Shown here: positions 51,701-58,828 of the stretch, in pieces
Numbering within the stretch: position 1 is the first letter of the stretch
Layout of the letters: every line of letters begins with the position of its first letter
IMG/VR virus record: IMGVR_UViG_3300025668_000798
Span: 1 to 64,000 of that record
From: a virus
DNA: 64,000 bases
Reading direction: 5' to 3' (one strand)
Notes under the pieces: generated by a model
Told to the model about the DNA's origin: nothing
The model's database searches: none
The model's input: only the letters and a program-made list of their open reading frames with translations
Made by a program: the position numbers and the translations under genes

Positions 51701-53355
51701 CCATCAAAGAAATATTGTTTACCTGCATTTACTTTGCCGTCTTTTATTAAAACAATATCATTTTCAGATGCTGTGCTATCAGTTGCTTCTATTAAACTAA
51801 TTTGTGTTTTGTTTTGAAATTTTATAAAATTCACTACATAAATTTTATTATTCACTACAGTGTCTGAATCATTAGTAAACAAAATACGCATTCCGTCTAC
51901 TAAATTTACATTGTCAATATTGTAACCTTCTTGTCCTTCGATAATAGAAAATATATCATTTGTCCAGTCATCTATTAGATCAATCGGATCTTTACATACA
52001 GTACCGTTATGATACATTTTGATGCCTGGCTTAAATTCAATAATTGGACGTTTTCCTCTACTGTTTGCAGGCAACGTATATTCTTGATTATTAATTTTTG
52101 CACTTTGTTCGATTACACTTATATGGAACCATCTGTTGTATCTTGCCCAAGGGTTTTTGTCTACACTAGAACGATTACTTACAATATAATCTTTTACAGC
52201 AGGATAACCAAGTGCTGTACTCCAAGGCAATCTATCAAACCCATATACATCAAACGCTACATCTTCGTCGCCTAAAAGCAAATCTGCTGTGCTTAAATCA
52301 TCAACAGAAATTAAAACAATTTCTTTGCCTACGCCGTCAACATAAAACACACCATCTTGATATTTTTCAGGAATTACTGTTCCGGTAAATTGCACTTTCA
52401 TGCCATTAGATAAATTCCACCCATCAGCAGTTGTGTAACTTACTTTGCCTAAAATTTCTTTATCTATATCAATAAAACTATTTTCTTCAATAGTCGATAT
52501 TCTTATAAGTCCGCTTGTATTAATATCTTCTTTACTAATATAAAAAAGTTCATCTGGAGCATTTTCAGGCACTGTAAACTCAATTACACCTTTGCTTACA
52601 TAACCATCTGCATCTGCATCTGTCGTTACAATACCGTCTGTATATAATGTGCTTTCGTTTGTTACACTATCTTCAAATGTAAGTCCAGGTAAAAATTCTC
52701 TACTTATTGCAAAAGCAAAAGGATTTCCTTCTGCATTTATTTCAAATCTATATGTCTGCCCTCTATACAAGTTAAGCAAAGGATTTCTAGTAAGTTTATC
52801 TGGTGTAAATAAATATGCAAAATTGTCTGTTTCTTCAACTACGTTGATTTTGTATGTGCTTTCGACATCACGCGAATTGCCAGGAACAGTTACAACTTGA
52901 GGACCGTTAGGTAACCAGTAATATTCACGAAAATTTGTAAATTTGTCAAAATCAATATGAGGGTTCCAAGAATATATTTCTTGTTCATTTAGTTTACTGT
53001 GATTGCTTGTGTTGCTATAAAAACTTTTTATTTGCCCTATATAGTCAATATAATCCTTATGAAAAGTAATATTGCCTAAATCGTCTCTGATGTTTACACT
53101 AGGATCTAATTGATAATTTGATCTTAGAGAATTTATTTCAGTAAGATATGTACTATTGTTTGCATTTGCTTTTGCATTTTTTCTTCCAACAAATGCATTT
53201 ATTTTTTCAACTGCACCCGAAGAAAATAATTGATCAATTGTAGAACTTGTAAGTTTTTCATTAGTACTTGTTCTAAAATAACGAGGTAAGAACCTACTAC
53301 TTTTTTTACTGTTATCACCAACTGGAAATTCTGGTTGCTGGTCTTCGTATGCCAT
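39769..53355 (-). CDS. Giant multidomain baseplate wedge/adhesin protein (4528 aa)
   Basis: Follows the gp6-like gene; contains a cupredoxin-like segment, FG-GAP-like repeats, CBM5/12-like W....Y..G..V.Y repeats and F.GDG repeats. Confidence 0.7.
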   Translation of the reverse strand: MAYEDQQPEFPVGDNSKKSSRFLPRYFRTSTNEKLTSSTIDQLFSSGAVEKINAFVGRKNAKANANNSTYLTEINSLRSNYQLDPSVNIRDDLGNITFHKDYIDYIGQIKSFYSNTSNHSKLNEQEIYSWNPHIDFDKFTNFREYYWLPNGPQVVTVPGNSRDVESTYKINVVEETDNFAYLFTPDKLTRNPLLNLYRGQTYRFEINAEGNPFAFAISREFLPGLTFEDSVTNESTLYTDGIVTTDADADGYVSKGVIEFTVPENAPDELFYISKEDINTSGLIRISTIEENSFIDIDKEILGKVSYTTADGWNLSNGMKVQFTGTVIPEKYQDGVFYVDGVGKEIVLISVDDLSTADLLLGDEDVAFDVYGFDRLPWSTALGYPAVKDYIVSNRSSVDKNPWARYNRWFHISVIEQSAKINNQEYTLPANSRGKRPIIEFKPGIKMYHNGTVCKDPIDLIDDWTNDIFSIIEGQEGYNIDNVNLVDGMRILFTNDSDTVVNNKIYVVNFIKFQNKTQISLIEATDSTASENDIVLIKDGKVNAGKQYFFDGTKWKKAQEKTSVNQTPVFDIFDKTETSYSNTTYYESTTFTGNKIFAYKEGTGALDSELGFPVTYKNIDNVGDIVFEFDLLAQKDSYIQDEENIDLLASQGFVKITDSYDKETLYENAWKKHYTKSRQAVIIDVQGANQTNNFEIDCFTKSNTLSDLKLKIFTNRKFLKEGIDYTLGATLTENVLVTLTTPIEPDDRIIIKCYTSADKNDNAYYETAYNLERNPNNLDVKEFTIGEVNDHVQTIVENIENFEGIHPGVGNLRDKGNIEIYGDRFVTHAGPIGLPLYHFTSKEHNIVNSIKLALQEYSKFKREFLRLATYDGYNNTVEKHVDYLLAQFATSKTRLDAYYDSDVVPFGAKNIIEYTVLDSGNPYFPLTTAFNLNKLNHKAVLVYNNNVQLTYIKDYMFTDEGFVNIPGVENDDIIHIHEFETTDGCFVPPTPSKLGLYPLYEPQIILDNTFSTPTKVIQGHDGSRTVAFNDFRDDLLIELEKRIFNNVKTRYNAELFDIFDYIPGRFRSTGLARNDIENIMIADFINWTNVAQVYDFNENKNIDISDSFSYNYRNTSDISGKQLEGFWRAVYNNAYDTDTPNLTPWKMLGFSIQPSWWETVYGPAPYTSNNIPLWKDLEAGIIREPGKLIRKDIRFARPNLTSQIPTDENGRIRSPFETGFSKDFSFSSQEGYTFEFGDQGPAETAWRRSSEYPFSLLNALLLLKPAKVFGYAYDYSKISRSLSGNLIYNHKNAISAKEIDFVNPSAGLLNYVKDYIKYNNMSFDDYKNNIANLRYNLSFRLAGFSDKEKVNLVLDSKTPNSSGDIFTPQENYNLFLKTSSPIDVVTYSGVVIEKVSTGYKINGYDRNNPKFTYNKVIESANDPFITVGGISEEFAEWAAEKLYVAGGIVRYSQKFYRVNETHTSVDEFESAKFSELAELPTVGGRAGRFSKRFSASVSYLQYGTVLPRYQDVIDFLLGYDKALQDLGFRFDYNNAKYGIVENFRLAAKEFLFWTTQNWGDQSVISLSPSANKIVFKRDFYLPDNLYDSIFNYEILDQDGKLFKTDFVNLVRETDNTFSLASNDEGTGVYFVRLFLVQKEHCIVIDNDTVFADTIYNETSGYRQERLKVIGYRTADWSGTLNIPGFVFDEPKATKWKSFSDYIIGDVIAYKDKYYTATLSHTSGEFFDQTNWTVLTETPKNQLIPNFDYRASQFADFYDLDTDNFDTEQQRLAQHLIGYQKREYLKNIINDEISQYKFYQGMIQDKGTKNVLTKLFDKLSSSGKDSIEFFEEWAIRAGQYGATDSFEEFEITIDESKYKLTPQPFELVSSVDKTRSDFIYQVPRSDINIKPANYNNKLFPFAEYEEVTKTAGYVAPAQIDFITSGVDQLLGFDINLVKQGQYVWVTNDKLSWNVYEFKKTNYQVERITKTLTGFKVSLDSNHNLKSGDIIGLTNINDELDGFRQVIYTGYKELEFYTEENITEDIDLSDSSAGIVIQVAPRRFTNLDDYNTILRNTDVQVGNKAWIDDIGNNKWAVLENKPVYDVEDIVVNPQTGLVTNFGDSLAVNQTNTKLAVGDPNTNGRVIVYTRIGDGGDFSSPENYQADTSVVGTNSQFGASVALSPSGDFLFVGAPNAANLRTRYKGNILPGTSYSAGEIVNDRGTLWRAKVDVDGSDVSTINKMSQDWERANLIDVDPDGSLTGSILGAVCVYKKEDVGNEYELVTTILSPEPVSDDNFGRIVKCRKDIDGVLRLYIASNEAEGRIYFFDNDTTDGSWKYSRDDNYRGTFNPTENYIQGEIVWYNTTGGADGNRHLWRANKDLPAQSFSETNWELLDQYVDHKGYIPPQNELLNDESDNLGVAGGQKIATSFDVSVNGEVLVVNGEDTLNTNVVSVYRRVNNRYAYYETIETANLAQEFGSEVAVSANGNAIAINAIRNDDTGTNNGAVFVYRYTGNEYGLNQTLYPPTGEPGELFGISLNFSEENLIIASANGSRFVPTLFDQTIVRNNDTSFDSNTTKFFNKFPNAGTVYIFQNFNNNYLYAEELDWNYDTKNSSTPVLLTNANHIYISYPRLEYTADYGVVLDIKRDKQNYSWTKLSEQIDTPDISKIKRAFLFDKNTNDIVTFLDVIDPIQGKIAGVADEAIDLKLAFDPASYSVDTTTSNNQDFWANEYVGTYWWNTESTKWYNPFQGNAETQTSFWNKLLPDSDTQVYEWVESDYIPSEYDELADTNEGIELGISGFSKYGDFKYSVGRKYNAVTETFNTKYYFWVQNNRLLSNTNKKISSYDAEQLITDPQSAGYVFMSALSTDKFALHNVQPFVKDKDIALHIDVYKGEINDRNIHTEYKLLSEGLAGSNPPDTFIEKWIDSLVGYDKNLRPVPDLELGESKKYGIENRPRQGLFRNSLEALKQTIERINYILRQQIITDFKDLKDLDKNDIKPRLLEGIFDVEVATLDEIANIGVANAKLAVITPTLLDGKLVSVSIDEQGYGYKSAPKVIITGNGTEAEIQTTIDNLGRVIGATIINTGKNYSSINVSVRPFTFLVTNDSTINGKWALYEYDYSLNYNRVQYQKWNVANFWNYADWYATGYDENTSINYLIDGSYQLDGLNDIIGDVVKIKDIGTGGWLLLQKIDVQTEVDYTVNYKTVGRQNGTIQFSSKLYQNTNFGFDKVGFDNLVYDTEPVNERRIILQTLKDKVFIDDLSIKFNDILFTAIRYALYEQQTVDWIFKTSFLTAKHNIGMFDQRTNFKSDNLDSYKEFINEVKPYSSKIREYISAYENLENSQTLTTDFDLPPRYDDIQNKIVTETIKFYNSNVVGNREFVNTYPQKNWLDNYKFKIKELVIHDAGYGLLNQPVVTVSGGNGPTLTGKGYRTGDKLTSIDIAYNEAVYTSQPTITINGSFADDYKLPVVIAILGDSPVRSTHMTMKFDRVSGNFVFTDLKTVETFTGTGAKKSFNTKWPLDLRKSRVNVTVDGNNVLYTNYTLSNVEDTTKTYSRNLGNLLFETAPANNATIEITYYKDPAMLSAADRINAFYNPKEGMPGITKNEDGTINLGQLMTGLDYEGVNIESVDFSTDQGFDVGGFGIIPWDIFSESEDEIFVLDGSTLVFTLSKPLEDGVSYNIYKNNVRIDDPNFDGSSVIINKNALMNTIYGDGIQDTIPIDDTVPTAAGDIFIVRKETSDGSFEPADNVLDTELSGGGYDNTAKGLESGEITVDGDGFVTQTTSAGPEEVVPGQIVDTLDIQVKHKPADGQGIKTSYIYKTKSSILSYSIDMLPQSQQAVIVNINGQKVDDESYTIDYENNLLIFEDDSTIQDDMDLHILVIGNNGTDILESDTFIGDGATSIFVTGVKYTNPISSFVTINGVVQQPSFAYEIFETDATYKNEKCAAIRFGIPPRVGEVIGFSLYNNDTKSFSEITVDKSFIGDGVNYVYKFNNNTPFTEKPFTHKMLVKQGDKFLNAGYNIRHVLTNDRVYGIQTWQFGQPTKISNDDVLVLLNNKIIIDAVDYRWDAINSRIEFLNPLLGKVGDVLEIYVLGNGEYYFIDTVVDLTDMEDSTKQGLLHDEGDLISFVMEDSTQIFATVKSSVETDTGVTLTLNGYFKELKVKASENDVPLQLTGVKDEAYPAAIRIDNVRFVESENLTFKTVPAVNEKVEIITFSEHDVNNFDRLSFEVLYSPVISSSSPEYPTAISLTNGRIKLNQPAAGVNYVWVIQNNKLLRPSIDYELVSDNSIVNLFKKPNDNEIIEIIQFAATLTTTKYGFRIFKDMLNRVHYKRLNEKSVVKLSQPLNFYDQFISVEDTTNLPIPNRTTGKPGVVFIEGERIEYYVLEGNLLRQIRRGTLGTGVKSQYPAGTILMEQGERETIPYADKDLTQIFVSDGSTNIYTMDFDITSYNEIEVVVGGKKLRKPATQDFKVFNKTIDQDSPEADEIELPEFTINPDDNTITLRDDAPTGVRIVVQRKEGKLWTDDLSISDAKIARFVRAGTIKLSK

Positions 53356-53373
53356 ACTGTCTTATTCCTCTAG

Positions 53374-56300
53374 TTATTCACTTAATGTACTACTTTGAAT
53401 GTTAACATTTTCAGTATTTGTTGCTGTAACTACTTGTCCGGTAGCTTTTAATCTTGTTGCTGTAATAGCATCGATAATTTCAATGTCGTTTACTGTTGCT
53501 GCGCTAACAAATATTTCATTGCTTTCCGCTTTAATTTCATAAAGACTACCAAAACTTTGATTTTCTTGAACCGGCACTAATACGATGCTGGCAATATCTG
53601 GACTTAATTTAGAAACAATATAAGTAGAAAGTTCACTAAAATAAAACGTTTCTCCAAAGTCCCAATTTTCTAAACTAAAAAATGTGTTAATAGCAGTAAT
53701 AACTCTAGCTTTTACATCATTGTCATTTAATACTTGTTCGTTATTTTTAACAATCTTAATTTTTGCTTGTAAATCAACAGCAGCTTTGTTACCAAATAAT
53801 GCTTTGTATTTTACCGGATGATATATTACTTCATCGCTTATGCTTTTACGTTTGTTGATTTCTTGTCCATATTGTATAAACAATTCATCACTACTCGGCG
53901 GCAGAGGTTTATCAACAATTTCATTGGTTAACCATTTTCTATATTCTGTGTCATAAGATCTAGTTAATAAAAAAGTATCAATCATGTTAGATACACTTGG
54001 ATCAAGTCTACGATTTTCGTTTGCAGCATGATAATATCTAAATTTTATATTATCTCTACCAATAAATGCACGATATTCATCTGTAATAACTAATCTATTA
54101 CCAGTAAGTTTTTTAAATAAATCTACTGCTCTAAAATAAAATACTGTACCTTCGGTGTACTGGCTTAATGCGCCAATGTTTTGTTCTACTTCAAAAGTAT
54201 CTACAATACCTTCTACTGAATTATCAACAGCATAAAACGCCTCTGCATCACCTTCTAACATTTTTTTCTCATATACATAAGTGTTGTTATCAACTGCTAC
54301 AAATTGAGTAAAAATATCAGGGTCATCAACTATTCCATCATCGTCGGTATCATAAAAGTCTATTTCAACTTTTGTGCTATCAACATAATTGTCTATGTTT
54401 ATATAATCACTAACAATTTGCCAATCAATATCTGTTGTAAAATAATCTAAAGATAATGGCTTATTATTAATATTCAAAAGTTGTATTTTATCTTTAACTA
54501 TTTTCTGCGTTCTACTATCGTAAATTTTATCTACTTTATCAAAGTAAAATCTTATTTCATCTAAACTACTGAAAACATAACGCAATCCTCTGTATGTTAC
54601 AGTATAATAAACACCATTGGTTTCAAATAATATCAACCAGCTGCCGTCTAAGTTTCTACCACTTATGTCTCCAGTACTACTTAAACTGAATTCTCTACTT
54701 GATGTTAAATCTTTGTCTAAAATTACATCCCATTGACTTTTGTTAAAATCATAACGTAAACCAAAACGTTTAAATGCAAACATCTGTTCTACAAACAGGT
54801 TTATAGTATCATCTGTAAACACTTTATTAAGTACAGGAATTATTTCAACAAGTTTACTATTTGTTGGAATATTATCATTTAAAATAACAGGTCCTAAATT
54901 AGTATTTGGATCGTTTACTGTTCCGTTTTCAAATACACTAATAACCTTTACCCATTTATAAAGTATTGCACCTTTAGTAGTTGGATTTCCTAGTACAAGT
55001 TTATTGTTATTTGTACTATCAAAATAATATCCAGTTGGTGCTTCAAATTTTAAGTAAGAGCCTGGCTTGACATATGTTAACAATCCGCTTGTAAAACTAC
55101 CTAGTGTTGCTACGATTGTATCACTATCTATAAATCTACCACTACATCTGTTTAGATCAAACGTTTCTTTGTTCCATGCTAATTCAAAATTACTAATAGT
55201 TTGATTGCGAGGATATTGATCTAAATAATAATTACGCATTTTGCTATCTTTAATTAAATCAATTATTGTGTTTCTTGCAAAAAATTCTATATCTGTTTGA
55301 TTTACAAATTCAAAGTTAATTTTTTCTTGCATATATTCGCGGTAAATGATTCCATCATTGCCGTAAAGATTTGTGTTACTGTATTTTCCAGTACTATCTC
55401 TTAAATCAAAATATCTACTTACGCCACTGCTAGTTCTGTTAACACTTTTAGTTTTAACAATTTCTTGGCTAACACTTAGCGGACCTACATTGTAGTCTTC
55501 GCCTGTAATAAGTCTATCTTGTGTGTAATAATTACTCGGTGCATTTTGTTTAATGCTTTCGTTTGTTTCACTTGTAGATGCATTAGTAACAGCATTTTGT
55601 AATTCTAGTACAAGTGATATTTTTTCTGCTTTTCCTGCTTTGCTTATGTAAGGTACAACTACGTTAATACCTGTAAATTCTGCAGGAACAATACGCACAG
55701 AACTATTAGCACTTTGTCTATAATAAATTCTAAACTGACCTTTTGGAATGTTGCCAAAAATTCCATCACTGAATACTAAACTTACTGTATCATTTACTTT
55801 TGTTAAAACTGTATAAATGTCTTTAACATTTTTTTCTAAACTGTTATATACAATGTTGTTGCCTTCAACTGCATCAACTTTATTCCATAAATCTGATTCA
55901 TTTCCGTCTGCATTAAGTTTGTATAACCAGACATCGTCATTGTTGATATTTGCAGTGTTTACATCTACCGTTTCGTGTGGTGCTGCTACTTCTAAATTAA
56001 ATTGATTATTAAGTAATTTACCCTGTCTAAAGTGTAAAAAATATCCACTGTTTGAACTACCTGGTCCTCGACCATTGTCTCTATATAAAAATGCTAAATT
56101 ATTTCCAGGTAATGGTGCTTCTTCATATATTGAATCATTATCAAAGTTAGTGCTAACAACTTCAAACGATTCTTTTTTGTTATCTATTGCTTTTGAAAAT
56201 TCATATACTGGCACAGTGTTACTTGTGCTGTTAAATCTATACAACTGTGTTGTAACTCCATTAACCGAACCTGCTTTTAAAGGTTTGCCAATACCATTTT

Positions 56301-56799
56301 GCACTGGTAATGCAGCATTTAAAATTCTTGTATATTGCTCACGCCAGTTTGTGTTTGTAGTATCATTCCACAATATACTTTGATTTGCTAAATTAAGATT
56401 ATTACTGTCAACAATAGATTCAGTAGTACTCAAACTTACAAGTTTGAGTAGTCCGTTTGCAGGTTTGTTTCTTTTTGGATTATAACTTAATAATCTAGCA
56501 TGTCTTAACACACTTTCTCTACGCTCAGCAAGTTCTAAAAAGTTATCTCTGGCATTTAGATCAACACGATAACTGATGTTTTGACCTAAAAATGCAATCA
56601 AGTCAATAAGTGCAATATATTCACTGCTTTCAATATAATCGTTAAAATCTTCTGGATAGTTTTCACGAAGATAATTGATCATTGTTCTGCGAAGATTGTC
56701 AAAATCATAACTCTTAAAGTCAGCATTGCGGAAGGTTTGATATATACGCTTCCAGTCTTCGGCTTTTAGCAGTTTGTTTTGTCTATCAGTTATAGCCAT
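53374..56799 (-). CDS. Baseplate wedge subunit (T4 gp6-like)
   Basis: DFDNLR..MI.YL...DFND, LSYNPKR, FSDG.FG.IP, TQDRLITGEDY. Confidence 0.8.
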   Translation of the reverse strand: MAITDRQNKLLKAEDWKRIYQTFRNADFKSYDFDNLRRTMINYLRENYPEDFNDYIESSEYIALIDLIAFLGQNISYRVDLNARDNFLELAERRESVLRHARLLSYNPKRNKPANGLLKLVSLSTTESIVDSNNLNLANQSILWNDTTNTNWREQYTRILNAALPVQNGIGKPLKAGSVNGVTTQLYRFNSTSNTVPVYEFSKAIDNKKESFEVVSTNFDNDSIYEEAPLPGNNLAFLYRDNGRGPGSSNSGYFLHFRQGKLLNNQFNLEVAAPHETVDVNTANINNDDVWLYKLNADGNESDLWNKVDAVEGNNIVYNSLEKNVKDIYTVLTKVNDTVSLVFSDGIFGNIPKGQFRIYYRQSANSSVRIVPAEFTGINVVVPYISKAGKAEKISLVLELQNAVTNASTSETNESIKQNAPSNYYTQDRLITGEDYNVGPLSVSQEIVKTKSVNRTSSGVSRYFDLRDSTGKYSNTNLYGNDGIIYREYMQEKINFEFVNQTDIEFFARNTIIDLIKDSKMRNYYLDQYPRNQTISNFELAWNKETFDLNRCSGRFIDSDTIVATLGSFTSGLLTYVKPGSYLKFEAPTGYYFDSTNNNKLVLGNPTTKGAILYKWVKVISVFENGTVNDPNTNLGPVILNDNIPTNSKLVEIIPVLNKVFTDDTINLFVEQMFAFKRFGLRYDFNKSQWDVILDKDLTSSREFSLSSTGDISGRNLDGSWLILFETNGVYYTVTYRGLRYVFSSLDEIRFYFDKVDKIYDSRTQKIVKDKIQLLNINNKPLSLDYFTTDIDWQIVSDYINIDNYVDSTKVEIDFYDTDDDGIVDDPDIFTQFVAVDNNTYVYEKKMLEGDAEAFYAVDNSVEGIVDTFEVEQNIGALSQYTEGTVFYFRAVDLFKKLTGNRLVITDEYRAFIGRDNIKFRYYHAANENRRLDPSVSNMIDTFLLTRSYDTEYRKWLTNEIVDKPLPPSSDELFIQYGQEINKRKSISDEVIYHPVKYKALFGNKAAVDLQAKIKIVKNNEQVLNDNDVKARVITAINTFFSLENWDFGETFYFSELSTYIVSKLSPDIASIVLVPVQENQSFGSLYEIKAESNEIFVSAATVNDIEIIDAITATRLKATGQVVTATNTENVNIQSSTLSE

Positions 56800-56851
56800 A
56801 GAGATATTCCTTTAATACAGTAATATTTATCGCTTTGAATAAACTACGCAG

Positions 56852-57280
56852 TTAAATTAAACCAGCATTTTGGTCGAAGCGCATTTGTAATTTTTCGCTG
56901 ATACTATAAGGCAAATATGTAAGTTGAACTTCAATTTGTAGACCGTGTTCATAGCTATCTATTGCAACTTTATCTACACTTACTCTTGGATCGTAATTTA
57001 CTATATCTGTAACATTTTTTTCTACTGCTAATTTTAAATCGTCGGTAAGAGGTTCAAATAATATATCCCAAATAATTGTACCAAAGGTAGGATTTTCTAA
57101 TTTTTCGCCCTGTCTTATATGAAAATGATTTAGAATGTCTTGTTTAATTAATTCTAAATCATATAATTTAAATTTTTTAGGACGGCCAACAGTGCTAACA
57201 CCTTTATAGGATTTACTTTTCACAGGTGATTGAACAGTGTTTATACCAACAGTAGTATTTTTGTATATCTTTTGTACCAT
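56852..57280 (-). CDS. Baseplate wedge subunit (GPW/gp25 family)
   Basis: LIKQDILNHF..RQGEKL.NPTFG...LFEP...YDPRV. Confidence 0.88.
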   Translation of the reverse strand: MVQKIYKNTTVGINTVQSPVKSKSYKGVSTVGRPKKFKLYDLELIKQDILNHFHIRQGEKLENPTFGTIIWDILFEPLTDDLKLAVEKNVTDIVNYDPRVSVDKVAIDSYEHGLQIEVQLTYLPYSISEKLQMRFDQNAGLI

Positions 57281-57316
57281 AACGTATTTACCTTAAAAAA
57301 TTAACCTATAATATTG

Positions 57317-58816
57317 TTACCGAGGACCTGTAACAGGAGTTCCGTATCTATCTCTTACAACATTTTGAGATGTGTTATTTCCTATTGTGCCATTGGATCT
57401 TAAATTTCTATCAGCAGCATTGCTAAATCCGTTTGCTGCACTTGTTAAGTTAAGCAAATTTCCTGTATTTGTGATATTATTTGCTGTTGCTATATTGACT
57501 AAATTTCTAGCTGATGTACCCATATCAATTGATAATTGTCCCATTGGCGAATCAAATTGCAAACCTGCTAATACAGCATTTCTATCATCAATACTTAAAC
57601 TGATACTTCCGCCGCTTAACCTAGTTGCAAATGCACCAGCAACTATAGCTTTAACTTCAGGTGGCGAATTTAAAATTGCATCGCCTATATCACCTACAAA
57701 TGCACCTACTCCGTTTCCAAACGCAGACAAGGAAGGTCCGATGCCCGGAATGCTATTCAACGAATCACCTAATCCGCTTGCAAAATCTCCTACAACGCCA
57801 GTTATTGAACTACCTATCTTGTCCATTGCATCGCCTAATCCATTGGCGCCAATTGCTTTAAATAAATCTCCCGAAAGGCTTGATAACAATGCTGCTCCGC
57901 CAATGCTGCCTAACAGTCCTGCTAACAATCCTCCTAAGCCTGCTGCGCCGCCGCCACCTTTTAAAAATGTATCAATAGCTATTTCAACTTTACTTTCAGT
58001 TGGATTAGTTACTTGAGTTGGATTTTCTTTTTGATATCTATCAATGGCTCCAGTACCGTTGCCGCCAACTGTGTGCGGGCCTCCGCCACCGAATCCAAAA
58101 TAACTTCCACCAAGACTTAAATTAAATCCGCCGCTGCCTATACTAAAGTTTAATCCACCTACACTACCGCCTATTCCAAATCCACCTGGACCAAAGCCTG
58201 CTGTTATACCACCAGCACTAAAACTGCCACTTGTAATACCTTGTGGACCAAATTGGAAGTTTGCAGGTCCAGCACTAAATCCACCGCTTAATCCGCCTTC
58301 AGTTAAACTTAAACTTAGAGGTCCAGCGGTTATGTTACCGCCTGAAATGTTACCTGCGCCGTCAAAACCTAAACTTAATGGTCCAGCAGTTATACCTTGT
58401 ATCTTTCCGTCTTGAAATCCAATACCTGCATTACCTACACGAAACCCGCCAAGCTGACCGTCTTGTATTATTACACCAGCATTTCCGTTATCAAAGCCAA
58501 AACTTGTATTATCTTGTGTTACCCTAGCAAACAAACCGCCCGCGTTTATATTAACTCTTACATCATTGCCAATAGTGTTAGCAATAGAATTACTAGCTTG
58601 CCTGCTAAAACTTTGAGGACTACGATAGTCTGTATTTTGTCCTCCAACATTTATTCCTAGAGATTGCAACGCATTACTAACTGGATTTTGAGGTAATCCA
58701 ATCGGTGTAGTGCTTACAGCACCGTTGTTTACTCCATATACTTGCGGAGTACTTCTTACTGGATTTCCCCTGCTATCTCTAACAGGATTTCCGTTTCCAT
58801 CTGTTACAATACTCAT
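57317..58816 (-). CDS. Glycine-rich hypothetical virion protein
   Basis: 499 aa with AGPLSL/FSAGG/GGF repeats and GxxxG helices; located between gp5-like and gp25-like genes. Confidence 0.6.
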   Translation of the reverse strand: MSIVTDGNGNPVRDSRGNPVRSTPQVYGVNNGAVSTTPIGLPQNPVSNALQSLGINVGGQNTDYRSPQSFSRQASNSIANTIGNDVRVNINAGGLFARVTQDNTSFGFDNGNAGVIIQDGQLGGFRVGNAGIGFQDGKIQGITAGPLSLGFDGAGNISGGNITAGPLSLSLTEGGLSGGFSAGPANFQFGPQGITSGSFSAGGITAGFGPGGFGIGGSVGGLNFSIGSGGFNLSLGGSYFGFGGGGPHTVGGNGTGAIDRYQKENPTQVTNPTESKVEIAIDTFLKGGGGAAGLGGLLAGLLGSIGGAALLSSLSGDLFKAIGANGLGDAMDKIGSSITGVVGDFASGLGDSLNSIPGIGPSLSAFGNGVGAFVGDIGDAILNSPPEVKAIVAGAFATRLSGGSISLSIDDRNAVLAGLQFDSPMGQLSIDMGTSARNLVNIATANNITNTGNLLNLTSAANGFSNAADRNLRSNGTIGNNTSQNVVRDRYGTPVTGPR

Positions 58817-58828
58817 GTTGCCCCCTTT

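Noticed and set aside
39769-53355. Intein or intron in the giant ORF, or stop-codon reassignment
   Set aside because: No intein splice or homing-endonuclease motifs noticed; genes tile tightly under the standard code
57372-58016. 214-aa plus-strand ORF and other antisense ORFs (e.g. 5094, 19008, 37835, 38777)
   Set aside because: Antisense shadows of well-supported genes, with no motifs or RBS
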